Part shown: in pieces, positions 29,627 to 39,774 of the stretch
Layout: each line of letters starts with the position of its first letter
Numbering within the stretch: the first letter of the stretch is position 1
Origin: Patescibacteria group bacterium
GTDB lineage: Bacteria > Patescibacteriota > Patescibacteriia > UBA9934
Direction of reading: 5' to 3'
NCBI GenBank assembly: GCA_049296775.1
Contig: JBAQTB010000001.1
Location: 288,992 to 352,991 of the forward strand
Length of the DNA: 64,000 nucleotides
Position numbers and translations under genes: made by a program
Notes under the pieces: model-generated
Told to the model about the DNA's origin: nothing
Database searches by the model: none
What the model saw: only the letters and a program-made list of their open reading frames with translations

Positions 29627-30136
29627 ATGCCAAATGACAGATTCCGTGATCGGTATCGTATTTCGTCGCCCCGATTATTGGGGTGGAATTATGCCAAATC
29701 GGGTTGGTATTTTGTGACGATATGCACAAAAAATCGTAATCATTATTTTGGTGATATCGTTACGATGCCTGATGGTATTGCTGGTATGGAATTAGGGCTT
29801 GCAGGTGATATTGCCTTAAGGGAAATTATGGCCCTGAAGACTCGCAGGCCGAATATAAACGTTGATACCTTTGTAGTCATGCCGAATCACGTGCACTTAC
29901 TGATTCAACTTGGAAAGCAGAATAACTCTGCACTTGGTGTCATAATTGGCCAATTAAAGGCGGGGATCACGCGCTGGGTTACGGATGCCGGGATGACTGA
30001 TTTTGCTTGGCAGGAGAGATTTCATGAGAAAATATTGCGATACGGTTTAGGCGTGGATGAGGTCCGTGCCTATATCCGTAATAATCCTAAGCAATGGCTT
30101 AAAGACCGCAATAACCCCCTGGGCATTTACATGTAG
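29627..30136 (+). CDS. HUH single-strand (Y1) transposase, IS200/IS605 TnpA or REP-associated tyrosine transposase (RAYT)-like
   Basis: WYFVTICTKNRNHYFG; the HUH motif MPNHVHLLIQL; a C-terminal catalytic-Tyr region RAYIRNNPKQW. About 170 aa. It lies immediately downstream of the palindrome doublet. The ORF-track start at 29330 overlaps the smc 3' end and is rejected in favour of the ATG at 29627. Confidence 0.65.
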   Translation: MPNDRFRDRYRISSPRLLGWNYAKSGWYFVTICTKNRNHYFGDIVTMPDGIAGMELGLAGDIALREIMALKTRRPNINVDTFVVMPNHVHLLIQLGKQNNSALGVIIGQLKAGITRWVTDAGMTDFAWQERFHEKILRYGLGVDEVRAYIRNNPKQWLKDRNNPLGIYM

Positions 30137-30163
30137 TATGCTTTACGCTAAGATCCCAAGCTT

Positions 30164-31057
30164 ATGGTATTTGGTTTTAAAGGTGAAAATAATCAGCCCG
30201 CTAGACGGCCCGGAAGAAGCCCGAATGCTTCAGGTAGACCGCACAAGCAAGGTCGAAGGCCGAATGCTAGCCAATCTAAGGCCCCAGTGGCTGCTGCCAA
30301 AGGTGCTAAAGGTTCATGGGAGCCGGTGGCTAAATGGTACGGTAAACATCTAAAAGAAGAGGATACTTTTCAATCTGAGGTGATTTTTCCAGGTTCTTTG
30401 CGTTTGTTGTATCCCGTAAAAGGCAAAAATTATCTCGATATTGCTTGTGGTGAGGGATCATTTGCCCGGGCGGTGGCGAATACGGGGGCTATGGTGATTG
30501 GTTTTGATATTTCTTCGACCTTGATTAAGCAGGCTGAGGCCAAAAAAATCAAAGGGGCAACTTTCCGTGTCGCCAACGCTATCGATTTTGCCAGATATTA
30601 CGACCAGGCGACCTTTGATGGCGCTGCTTGTAACCTGGCTATTCAAAATATCGATGAGTTTGCGGCCGTGTTCAAGGATGCTGGCAGAGTGTTAAAGTCA
30701 GGCGCTCCATTCGTGATTGTGCTGAATCACCCTATGTTCCGTATTCCTCGGCAGACTGGTTGGGGTTGGGATGAGGGTAGAGGCTTGCAATTCAGACGCA
30801 CTGACGCGTATTTGTCGCCGAATGAAATCCCGATTGTCGCTAATCCGGGGGAGGGCGCTAAAAGTAAGGTAACCTATTCGTATCACAGGCCACTTGAGAC
30901 TTACATCAAGGAGCTAGCTAATGCAGGTTTCATGGTCGATGCTATCGAAGAATGGATCTCACACCGCAACAGCGATAGTGGCCCTAGAGCCAAAGCCGAG
31001 AACCGCGCCCGCCAAGAGATCCCAATGTTCATGGCAATTCGAGCGATTAAGAAGTAA
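30164..31057 (+). CDS. Class I SAM-dependent methyltransferase with basic low-complexity N-terminal extension
   Basis: YLDIACGEGSFARAV and MVIGFDIS (motifs I and II). The N-terminal ~60 aa are Arg/Pro/Lys-rich with the repeat RRPGRSPNASGRPHKQGRRPNAS. The start codon is uncertain. Confidence 0.65.
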   Translation: MVFGFKGENNQPARRPGRSPNASGRPHKQGRRPNASQSKAPVAAAKGAKGSWEPVAKWYGKHLKEEDTFQSEVIFPGSLRLLYPVKGKNYLDIACGEGSFARAVANTGAMVIGFDISSTLIKQAEAKKIKGATFRVANAIDFARYYDQATFDGAACNLAIQNIDEFAAVFKDAGRVLKSGAPFVIVLNHPMFRIPRQTGWGWDEGRGLQFRRTDAYLSPNEIPIVANPGEGAKSKVTYSYHRPLETYIKELANAGFMVDAIEEWISHRNSDSGPRAKAENRARQEIPMFMAIRAIKK

Positions 31058-31058
31058 T

Positions 31059-31364
31059 ATGAAAATTTCGAAGCATCAGCATCGTTTTCTTCTTGGAGCA
31101 GGGTTGATTACGGTTTATACGTTGGTAGCTGGTTTTATTACGATGTCATCAGAACGTTTTTCGTTCTTGACTTTCCCACTGGCCCCTGGTGTTGTCGCTC
31201 CATTTCTTGTAGCCGAGGGGTTGTCGATAGACGTGTCATGGGAGAGCGGTGTCGTACCTTTTTTGATCACCATGTTTTTAATCGACGCTATCTTTTATGG
31301 ACTCGTCGGTGTGCTTGTAGGTTGGTTGGTCGATAAATATCGATCCATGAAGCAGCCATGTTAG
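31059..31364 (+). CDS. Small integral membrane protein
   Basis: 101 aa with three hydrophobic helices. The ATG is 2 nt after the methyltransferase stop. Confidence 0.4.
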   Translation: MKISKHQHRFLLGAGLITVYTLVAGFITMSSERFSFLTFPLAPGVVAPFLVAEGLSIDVSWESGVVPFLITMFLIDAIFYGLVGVLVGWLVDKYRSMKQPC

Positions 31365-31403
31365 CCTTGGCCTCTTAAGATTTCTCACTTTCGTTCGAAA
31401 TAT

Positions 31404-31667
31404 ATGTTCAAACTTGGAGCGCAATGTCAGAGCTGTGCGATGCCGATGTCGAAGGATCCTGAGAATGGTGGGCTGAATGCTGATGGTACAAAATCGACAG
31501 ATTATTGTAGTTTTTGTTTGAGAAACGGTGAGTTTTGTGCTAAAGAGACTTTAGAAGATTTTCGTAAAGGGCTTGATGAGATGTTAAAGGCTAAGGGTCT
31601 GTCCTGGTGGATTCGTAAATTGACCTGGTATCAGTTGCCGACTTTGAAGCGCTGGAAGCAGAAATAG
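31404..31667 (+). CDS. Zinc-ribbon domain protein (CxxC...CxxC)
   Basis: CQSCAMPMSKDPENGGLNADGTKSTDYCSFCLRNGEF is the pattern of the putative zinc-ribbon family common in Firmicutes. Confidence 0.55.
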   Translation: MFKLGAQCQSCAMPMSKDPENGGLNADGTKSTDYCSFCLRNGEFCAKETLEDFRKGLDEMLKAKGLSWWIRKLTWYQLPTLKRWKQK

Positions 31668-31678
31668 TGATTGCAAAT

Positions 31679-31708
31679 AAACTCGTGACATTGGTCACGA
31701 GTTTATTT
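31679..31708. terminator. Bidirectional terminator between convergent genes
   Basis: aaactcgtgac attg gtcacgagttt: a perfect 11-bp stem. Confidence 0.6.
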
Positions 31709-32716
31709 AATTCGACACAAATGTTTTAAGGCAGAAATGTCGGCGTCACTGAGTTCGCTGCTTTCACCTTCATTTAGCCGATACATCATCGCCGTTGGAT
31801 CTTCTACGTGATCCAGGCCGAGAGCGTGGCCAAGTTCATGAGCTAAAACGCGGATGAGTTTGTCTTGATTTTCAAATTGATAAATATTGATCTCGTCACC
31901 GTTATTGCTGGCGCCAAAAGTACCTTCTACAAATTCGTCACCGAGAGCATCGCCGATAGTGTTGTATCTGGTGGCGGTGAGGTTAAGTTTTTCTGATAGG
32001 TCATTTAAGGCATCAGCTAAAGTGTTGACGGTGTCGGCTGAGTCATTGATTGCGAGGACTTGTTCATTGATCACTGCCGCTTCGGCATTTACAGCCTCTC
32101 TTTCCGCAACTATTTCCTGTTTGTCTTTTGGCTTGATGCTGTCTTCTGTTTTTAAGGCATCCAAGCGTGCTTCATAAGCTTTGGCCCGGGCTTCATGGTC
32201 TTTGAGCTGTTGATCTAAAGTGGCTTTTTGATCTAAATAAGTTTGATAAGCAGATGCGTATTCATCTTTGAGAGCATTGTAACTGGCATTGTTGGTTTCA
32301 ATGGTGAGTCCGAGCTGGCTGAGACGCTTGGTACTTTCTTGGCGATAATCGTAAATTAAATTTATAGACAAATCTCCGTTTCCTTTGTGTATAAAAAGTT
32401 CTTTACCAAGAGAATCTTCCCAGATACTTTCGGCGGCTAAAATGGCAGCGGCGAATTGTTCTTCTGTGAGGTTGAAGCGGGGATCGACTGACTTGATAGA
32501 GTAGCTGATGGGGGACTTGCACGGAAAGAACGAGTGGCGTAAGTCTTGAAGAGTAGAGAGTTTGAAATAATCACGATAAATAAAGATGACCCCAACGAGT
32601 ACAATACTAAGCAAGCCTAGCCAGATGACATCAAGGACGCTTTTGATCTGATTACGCTTGGGACGTTTGAACATAAAATTAGCATACCTCATTATGGCTA
32701 AAATAATCCATAACAA
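31703..32716 (-). CDS. Membrane-anchored zinc metalloprotease, matrixin-like (HExxHxxGxxH plus Met-turn)
   Basis: VLAHELGHALGLDHVEDPTAMMY: a zincin motif with three His and an AMMY Met-turn. An N-terminal TM segment and a central coiled-coil (KDHEARAKAYEARLDALK). The true start is probably an internal Met (32692 or 32674). Confidence 0.65.
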   Translation of the reverse strand: MLWIILAIMRYANFMFKRPKRNQIKSVLDVIWLGLLSIVLVGVIFIYRDYFKLSTLQDLRHSFFPCKSPISYSIKSVDPRFNLTEEQFAAAILAAESIWEDSLGKELFIHKGNGDLSINLIYDYRQESTKRLSQLGLTIETNNASYNALKDEYASAYQTYLDQKATLDQQLKDHEARAKAYEARLDALKTEDSIKPKDKQEIVAEREAVNAEAAVINEQVLAINDSADTVNTLADALNDLSEKLNLTATRYNTIGDALGDEFVEGTFGASNNGDEINIYQFENQDKLIRVLAHELGHALGLDHVEDPTAMMYRLNEGESSELSDADISALKHLCRIK

Positions 32717-33038
32717 GCTGATAAGAGATAAGATTCCAGAGATTTTAAGGCGTAAACAAGTACTGTTTGAATTGAAGCAACTGACTGAGAATGTGGAGTT
32801 TGAACAGGCTTTACGCGGGAAATTGGTTGAGGAAGCTGCGGAGGTTGCGGCTACATTAGATCATGAGGCTTTAGTGACAGAGCTGGCGGACGTGGCTGAA
32901 GTGGTGAAGTCTTTATGCGTATTGAAAGGGATTACAGCCGAGGAGATTGAACGGGCGAGAGCGCAGAAATTTACGGAGCGAGGTGGTTTTGATGAGCGGA
33001 CCTGGCTCATGTGGAGTGATGAAACTGAGAAAAAATAA
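32694..33038 (+). CDS. MazG-like nucleotide pyrophosphohydrolase (small all-alpha NTP-PPase)
   Basis: IIHNKLIRDKIPEI...KLVEEAAEV...ELADVAEVV matches the EExxE metal-binding helices of the MazG-like family. Divergent and overlapping with the metalloprotease gene start. Confidence 0.55.
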   Translation: MAKIIHNKLIRDKIPEILRRKQVLFELKQLTENVEFEQALRGKLVEEAAEVAATLDHEALVTELADVAEVVKSLCVLKGITAEEIERARAQKFTERGGFDERTWLMWSDETEKK

Positions 33039-33088
33039 GACGCCGCGTCCTCGGAGCAAGGCTCAGACGAGGACGCGGCGTACGGCTA
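33013..33088 (+). repeat. 76-bp direct repeat, copy 1 (contains a strong hairpin and the last codons of the MazG-like gene)
   Basis: ggagtgatgaaactgagaaaaaataagacgccgcgtcctcggagcaaggctcagacgaggacgcggcgtacggcta. The internal palindrome is gacgccgcgtcctcg...cgaggacgcggcgt. Confidence 0.85.
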
Positions 33089-33113
33089 CTTGGAATTTTG
33101 TTTCCAGAACCTC

Positions 33114-33638
33114 TTAGGTAGGATCGTCAATACCGACGATAATCTTTTCACCCTGCGGATTGAAGGCTGTACGGGGCCGGTAAGCTCCGTACAGATCTGA
33201 GTGGAAATCTCCACGGACGGGCTCTGGGGTGAGACCGAGCGCTACCAGTACGGTAGCTATGAAGGATGATCCTTCACTCGTGCCAGAGTTCCACTCGACT
33301 CGAGAGTCGGAGTGGAATCGTACAAAACGACCAGACTCCTTGCCTCCCTGAAAGGGGTACCAGGTCATTGTTGACCCGTCCTCCTCCATGGTGGCGTTGG
33401 TTCTATCGCCTCCCTCCTCACAGAGGATTTCGAGATCCGTCCAAGAGGGGTCGGGCAGCTCAGGTACGCGACCGTCGCGCCAGTATTGATCCCCTGTAAT
33501 CAGGGCGGCAGCTACGCGTACCGCATATTGCGGTGCGACGGTGGTCCCAGTGGCGCTGACGACGGTATTCATGCTAACTCCTCGAGCGTTAGCTCTGGCG
33601 AATTGCCAGAGTGATGTCGCTCTCGCTCGTTCTATCAC
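33114..33638 (-). CDS. Hypothetical protein, GC-rich orphan (between the direct repeats)
   Basis: 174-aa ORF with codon usage visibly GC-richer than the flanking genes. No recognisable motif. Confidence 0.4.
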   Translation of the reverse strand: MIERARATSLWQFARANARGVSMNTVVSATGTTVAPQYAVRVAAALITGDQYWRDGRVPELPDPSWTDLEILCEEGGDRTNATMEEDGSTMTWYPFQGGKESGRFVRFHSDSRVEWNSGTSEGSSFIATVLVALGLTPEPVRGDFHSDLYGAYRPRTAFNPQGEKIIVGIDDPT

Positions 33639-33889
33639 AAATTGCGATAGAAAGAATGAGAGCGTCAGCAGAAATGCAGGCTAGGAGATATATTTTAGGT
33701 CAGTATTCAATTGTGATGATACAGATCAAATGACGTGGAATCTTAATTTTTCCAGTTTATTTTGACGAAGAACTATAGCATTTTTTAGTAGAAATGTCAA
33801 TCAAATTATGACAATTATGCTAAAAACTAAGCAAAATAAGTGTATTGTTCGCAACTATACTGCCATTGTTTTAATGACATACTGAGTAC

Positions 33890-33965
33890 GGAGTGACGAA
33901 ACTGAGAAAAAATAAGACGCCGCGTCCTCGGAGCAAGGCTCAGACGAGGACGCGGCGTACGGCTA
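33890..33965 (+). repeat. 76-bp direct repeat, copy 2 (one mismatch to copy 1)
   Basis: Identical to 33013-33088 except t to c at the eighth base. It is preceded by an AT-rich non-coding stretch of about 250 bp (33640-33889). Its last three bases form the stop codon of the 33963..34751 gene. Confidence 0.85.
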
Positions 33966-34751
33966 GTTGCCGAACTCTGCTTTCAATTCTTCATGCGTGA
34001 AGCCTTGTTGAGCGAAACACATAAACTTTTCTCGATCCATTGCCTGGAGGCGTGGAGTCCCGATATGCGGGAGCACATTACGGCTCCAGGCTAATTCAGT
34101 CGCCACTACCCGGGAATTTGGGTCTGTACGCGTGTAGTGGAAGCATTGTCCGGCGTGGACCTGTTGAGCGGGGATTCCGCTACTCAGGGTTGACCTGATC
34201 TTACTCGGCCACGGTCGTTCGAGCATGATCTGGAAGGCGAGCAGCGTGTCGATGTCGCCAACGATGAGCGCGTTGCTATGTCCAGAGTCGTTGCTCTGGA
34301 TTAGCTCCGTGAATAATGGCAACAGGCGAATAATGACTTGGTTTGGGGGCTCAAATTTTGGAGGTGCCCAGTAGCGCAAGTCTCGATTTGGTTGCGCGGT
34401 AAGCTCAGTTGCACAACCAGAGTAGCGATCGCGGTTCCCGATGGGACCGATGTGTTCCCATGTGTGTCCGGTCAGTTCTGATCTGACGTTCCATTCGGCG
34501 TCCTCGAAGCCTAAGCGGTAAGCTGTTTCTCGTGCAGGTCTCGATTCAGGCATCAGGCATTGGTCGAAGTTTTTCAGGCCATTGGCTCTGAGCCAGTTCC
34601 CGGTAGCTATGACTTGAGAGGTGCCTACAGACGTGAGTGTGGCTGTGTGTTGTCGGTCATGCCGATTAGGCAAGTCCTCGACGCTTTTTGGTACATTGGT
34701 ACCGATATGCCAGTCACCTACGCACACCAGTACCAAATTCATTGGTCCCAT
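33963..34751 (-). CDS. Hypothetical protein, GC-rich orphan (possible phosphoesterase-like; uncertain)
   Basis: 262 aa with GC-rich codon usage. Weak GDxHxG-like (CVGDWHIG) and IVGDID motifs. No confident family assignment. Confidence 0.45.
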   Translation of the reverse strand: MGPMNLVLVCVGDWHIGTNVPKSVEDLPNRHDRQHTATLTSVGTSQVIATGNWLRANGLKNFDQCLMPESRPARETAYRLGFEDAEWNVRSELTGHTWEHIGPIGNRDRYSGCATELTAQPNRDLRYWAPPKFEPPNQVIIRLLPLFTELIQSNDSGHSNALIVGDIDTLLAFQIMLERPWPSKIRSTLSSGIPAQQVHAGQCFHYTRTDPNSRVVATELAWSRNVLPHIGTPRLQAMDREKFMCFAQQGFTHEELKAEFGN

Positions 34752-34956
34752 TTTTACCCCCTAACAGTTGTGAGAATGTTCGCGTTGAGTGGTGATAGTT
34801 TATAGCTACAAATCTAGCTAAAGTCAAATATGTTTAGGTTATTTGCCCCGACAGGCCTTGACAAAGATTGCTGACAAAGCTACTCTTTGGCGACTAAACT
34901 TTATTTACTTTCAGATTTTGGACGCTTTTAGCCGCATCCGAATTCTGACCTTGATT

Positions 34957-35343
34957 ATGTTGACTATCCGTTTGTCGCGCACTGGAAAGCGCAAGCAGCC
35001 TTACTACCGTATTGTTTTACAGGAACAGACTCGTGATCCATGGTCTCCTGCTATCGAAATTTTGGGCCAGCTTAACCCACGCAATGATCGTTCTGAAGCC
35101 GAGTTGGATTTGGAGCGGATTAAGTACTGGCTAGGCAAGGGTGCTAAGCCATCTAAGGGCTTGTACAACTTGTTTGTAGATAAGCAGTTGATTAAGGGCG
35201 ATAAGGTTAACAACATTAGTTTGACTGCTAAGCGTCGTAAGGCTATTGAAGATGCTAAGCCAAAAGCTCCTGAGCCTAAGGCGGAAGAGGTGAAGGTAGC
35301 CGAGCCAGCAGCTGAGGCGCCAAAAGCAGAAGCAGCAGTATAA
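34957..35343 (+). CDS. rpsP: 30S ribosomal protein S16 with Lys/Ala/Glu/Pro-rich C-terminal tail
   Basis: MLTIRLSRTGKRKQPYYRIV is the canonical S16 N-terminus. The ORF track begins at 34843, but the ATG at 34957 fits. A candidate promoter TTGACA-17-TACTCT lies near 34858. Confidence 0.85.
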   Translation: MLTIRLSRTGKRKQPYYRIVLQEQTRDPWSPAIEILGQLNPRNDRSEAELDLERIKYWLGKGAKPSKGLYNLFVDKQLIKGDKVNNISLTAKRRKAIEDAKPKAPEPKAEEVKVAEPAAEAPKAEAAV

Positions 35344-35442
35344 TTGTTGTATAATGTAGTTATTCGAGTGTCTTTGAGTCTTAGAACTTAATGAGTTCTA
35401 AACTTTAGTGGCTTGAATCCTAGAATACTGAAACCTGAATGT

Positions 35443-35817
35443 ATGGAATTTGATCAGGAGTTTGTTGAGTACATTGTTAAGGCGCTAGTTAACAAGCCAG
35501 AGGAAGTTAAGTCAGACCGCAAGGTTGATGAACAGGGTGTGTTGATCACCGTGCATACGTCACCTGAAGATACTGGTTACGTGATTGGTAAGGGCGGTAA
35601 GACCGCAGTGGCTATCCGGACCTTATTGGCGACGCTTGGTGCTAAAGGTAATCTACGTATCAGTTTCCGGATTGATGCTCCAGATAACGGCAAGCGCCGT
35701 ATGCCTGAGGCCACCGGCGGAGAGACAGCCGTAGCTGAGCCGGTAGGTATGTCAGCTCCAGTAGCTGACACATCTCCAGACATGGATGAAGCCTCAGTCG
35801 ACAGTTTGACGTTCTAA
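35443..35817 (+). CDS. KH-domain RNA-binding protein (YlqC/UPF0109-like) with C-terminal extension
   Basis: VIGKGGKTAVAIRTLL has the GxxG KH loop. This is the conserved rpsP-KH-(rimM)-trmD neighbourhood. Confidence 0.7.
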   Translation: MEFDQEFVEYIVKALVNKPEEVKSDRKVDEQGVLITVHTSPEDTGYVIGKGGKTAVAIRTLLATLGAKGNLRISFRIDAPDNGKRRMPEATGGETAVAEPVGMSAPVADTSPDMDEASVDSLTF

Positions 35818-35938
35818 GCAAGAAAAACCAGTCCGCAAGGGCTGGTTTTGCATTTTTGTATGATCATGTGTGGATCGCAAACAACGCCAGAGGTTTATTT
35901 ACAGAAGAGATCGATAGTTATAGTATGCTTTATCAAGT

Positions 35939-36655
35939 ATGAAACGTTTTGATGTCATTACGATTTTTCCAGAAGTGATCGCCCCGTATGCGGAGGCGTC
36001 GATTTTAGGTAAGGCTCAGAAGAAGAAGCTTTTGAAGATTGAGGGACATGATTTGCGCCAGTACTCCAAGGATAAACATAAGAAGGTCGATGATACTCCG
36101 TATGGCGGGGGAGCTGGTATGGTGATGACCGTACAACCGTTCGAGGCCGCTGTGCATGCCGTTAAGCAAAGAGACGGGTCGGCGACCCGTCTTTACCGTG
36201 CAGTGCGCGGGGTCAAGCGCAAGGGCGCCCGTGTCATCCTCACGTCTGCTTCCGGCAAACGCTTTACTCAGGCTGATGCCAAACGTTTGGCGGAGTACGA
36301 TCAAGTGATCTTTTTGTGCGGACGTTATGAAGGCGTTGATCACCGAGTTCAGGAAGCTATCGCTGATGAGGCGCTCTCAATTGGGGATTATGTTCTGACG
36401 GGAGGGGAGCTGCCGGCACTCGTGATGATTGATGCGATTGCTAGAAACATCCCAGGTGTTTTAGGCAACGCTGAAACTTTGACTGAAGAATCACATGGCG
36501 CTGACGGTGAGCTTGAGTACCCGCAGTACACTAAGCCTGAGAGTTACAAGTTCAAAAATCGAAAGACTTTAGCGGTGCCACCTGTACTCTTATCAGGTAA
36601 TCATAAAGACATTGAAAAGTGGCGAAAGGAGCAGATGCGATCCAAGGAGATGTGA
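35939..36655 (+). CDS. trmD: tRNA (guanine37-N1)-methyltransferase
   Basis: MKRFDVITIFPE, GGGAGMVM, LCGRYEGVDHRV, and the GDYVLTGGELPALVMIDAIAR SPOUT knot motifs. Confidence 0.9.
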   Translation: MKRFDVITIFPEVIAPYAEASILGKAQKKKLLKIEGHDLRQYSKDKHKKVDDTPYGGGAGMVMTVQPFEAAVHAVKQRDGSATRLYRAVRGVKRKGARVILTSASGKRFTQADAKRLAEYDQVIFLCGRYEGVDHRVQEAIADEALSIGDYVLTGGELPALVMIDAIARNIPGVLGNAETLTEESHGADGELEYPQYTKPESYKFKNRKTLAVPPVLLSGNHKDIEKWRKEQMRSKEM

Positions 36656-36669
36656 TAAACTATTTGTAT

Positions 36670-36978
36670 ATGGAGATGACCAAGGAACAATTGAAAGATG
36701 TTTTCAGCGAAGTGATGGATGAGAAGTTCAGGGTGAATAATGAGCAGTTAATCCAGATGATGGACGATGAGTTTAGATATAATAATGATTTATTGTTGCA
36801 AGAGATGAGGGCGGTCGAAAATAGGATAGAGAAAAATTTTGATAACAAGCTTACGGTTACAAAAGATGAAATTTTAGCTGGGGTCGCTGACCTAGTAGGC
36901 GGGAGTATCCTGCCTCAAATGGATAATCATGAGGACCGATTGGTAGTCCTTGAAACGAAGATTTCGGTCAAAGGTTAG
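36670..36978 (+). CDS. Small helical protein, paralog family member 3 of 4
   Basis: 102 aa. FRVNNEQLIQMM and ILPQMDNHEDRLVVLETKI match member 1. It starts 12 nt after the trmD stop. Confidence 0.55.
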   Translation: MEMTKEQLKDVFSEVMDEKFRVNNEQLIQMMDDEFRYNNDLLLQEMRAVENRIEKNFDNKLTVTKDEILAGVADLVGGSILPQMDNHEDRLVVLETKISVKG

Positions 36979-37152
36979 CTTGTAGATTTTTCGTAGGTAC
37001 GGGTCAAGCAGTTGGCTGCGAATTTGATAAAATGACATTTTTTGGCTGATTTTGGCCACGTGAGATAGGGGCTTTTTAGGGCATCGCGATTGGGAGGTCG
37101 ACCAGACTTGAAAAGGGCCTGTTTTCATCCCCAGAAAATAGAGGTGTAACGC

Positions 37153-37181
37153 TTGACAGGGTTTTTTATATCGGTTAAACT
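37153..37181 (+). promoter_or_regulatory. Candidate rRNA promoter
   Basis: TTGACA, a 17-nt spacer, then TAAACT, about 400 nt upstream of the mature 16S 5' end. Confidence 0.45.
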
Positions 37182-37579
37182 GCCGCTCGTCGCTGAAAGA
37201 TCCTTAGTCCTTTCCCATTCGGTCCATTTTCGACTCACGAAGCCTCGGCGGTTTCGTCTACGTAGTATTCACTACGTTTCCTCACCGCCACTCCGTTTAT
37301 CGAAACTAGCCTCGAATGAGAAAGTCCTAATGTCAAAATCTTCTGGACGTGGACTTTCACAATTTAGATAACCATATCAAAACGATGTATCAACCCCACA
37401 GTAGAAGCTTCGCTTCACTGTAGGGCTAAGCAATGATTAATTGTGTGATTACAACGTCCTATTCCAAAGTCCTAAACCCTCGGGTTTAGGCGACTATGAG
37501 GTGATACGTAAGTATCTACTTAATGGTTTAGCAGATACCCCAAACGTAGCTCCGCAAGGAGCGAAGTGGGGGTGTTTTT

Positions 37580-39071
<1,492 letters not shown>

Positions 39072-39191
39072 TCAAAGGAATTTTCCTTTATCGGTCGAGA
39101 TCATAGAGTCGTACGTAAGTATGACTTTACGATACACGGGACGTTGTAATCACAGAGTTAGTCATTAGAGCATCGCTTGATTGGTATCAAA

Positions 39192-39240
39192 CAAAAAACT
39201 ACCCTGATCAGCTAACCTGACCGTTGCGGGTAGTTTTTTG
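39192..39240 (+). terminator. Terminator downstream of 16S
   Basis: aaaaactaccc ...ccgttgc gggtagtttttt. Confidence 0.5.
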
Positions 39241-39270
39241 TTTTATGAGATATCGAGATTATCGGAAACG

Positions 39271-39302
39271 AAAAAACAACGTCCAGAGACGTTGTTTTTT
39301 GG
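39271..39302. terminator. Second, bidirectional terminator
   Basis: aaaaaacaacgtc cagag gacgttgtttttt: a perfect 13-bp stem. Confidence 0.55.
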
Positions 39303-39396
39303 TGTCATAAAGTAGTCATCGCTTTGCTCTGACACTTTATGACTATCACGAAGAGGGACGAAAACAAAAAAGAAATCCGTTTGGATTTCTACTTTG

Positions 39397-39471
39397 TGGT
39401 GCCGGGAGACAGGATCGAACTGTCGACACAAGGTTCTTCAGACCTTTGCTCTACCACTGAGCTACCCCGGC
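39397..39471 (-). tRNA. tRNA-Phe (anticodon GAA)
   Basis: Reverse complement is GCCGGGGTAGCTCAGTGGTAGAGC...AAGGT CTGAAGA ACCTT...GGTTCGATCC...CCCGGC A CCA. Its own hairpin plus T-run (agaaatcc gttt ggatttct) lies at 39368-39396. Confidence 0.85.
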
Positions 39472-39774
39472 GTAAGGAAGATTCATTTAAATAACCCCTC
39501 TCCTTTGTTGCGGGTCCCTGATTTTTATTCACCGTATGGTTACATACGCCTCATAAAAATCTTTCCCGCGCCTCGGATAGAATTATTTAAATGAATCTTC
39601 CTGAGGGTATTGAATTTAACGGATCTTCTTGATGTTTGTCTGCGTTGTGAAAAGTTGATTTAAACAGTTGGATACGAGGAGTCGACTGAGTAAGGACGAA
39701 GCGTATATGGAATACGGTGAGTCCGACGGAAGGCGACGACAATGTAGCCGGCTGTTTAAATCAACTTTTCTTAC

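Noticed and set aside
39072-39400. Possible 16S-23S ITS continuing into a 23S gene
   Set aside because: The region after the 16S ends in two rho-independent terminators, followed by tRNAs on the opposite strand. No 23S sequence (for example a GGTTAAG... 5' end) follows.
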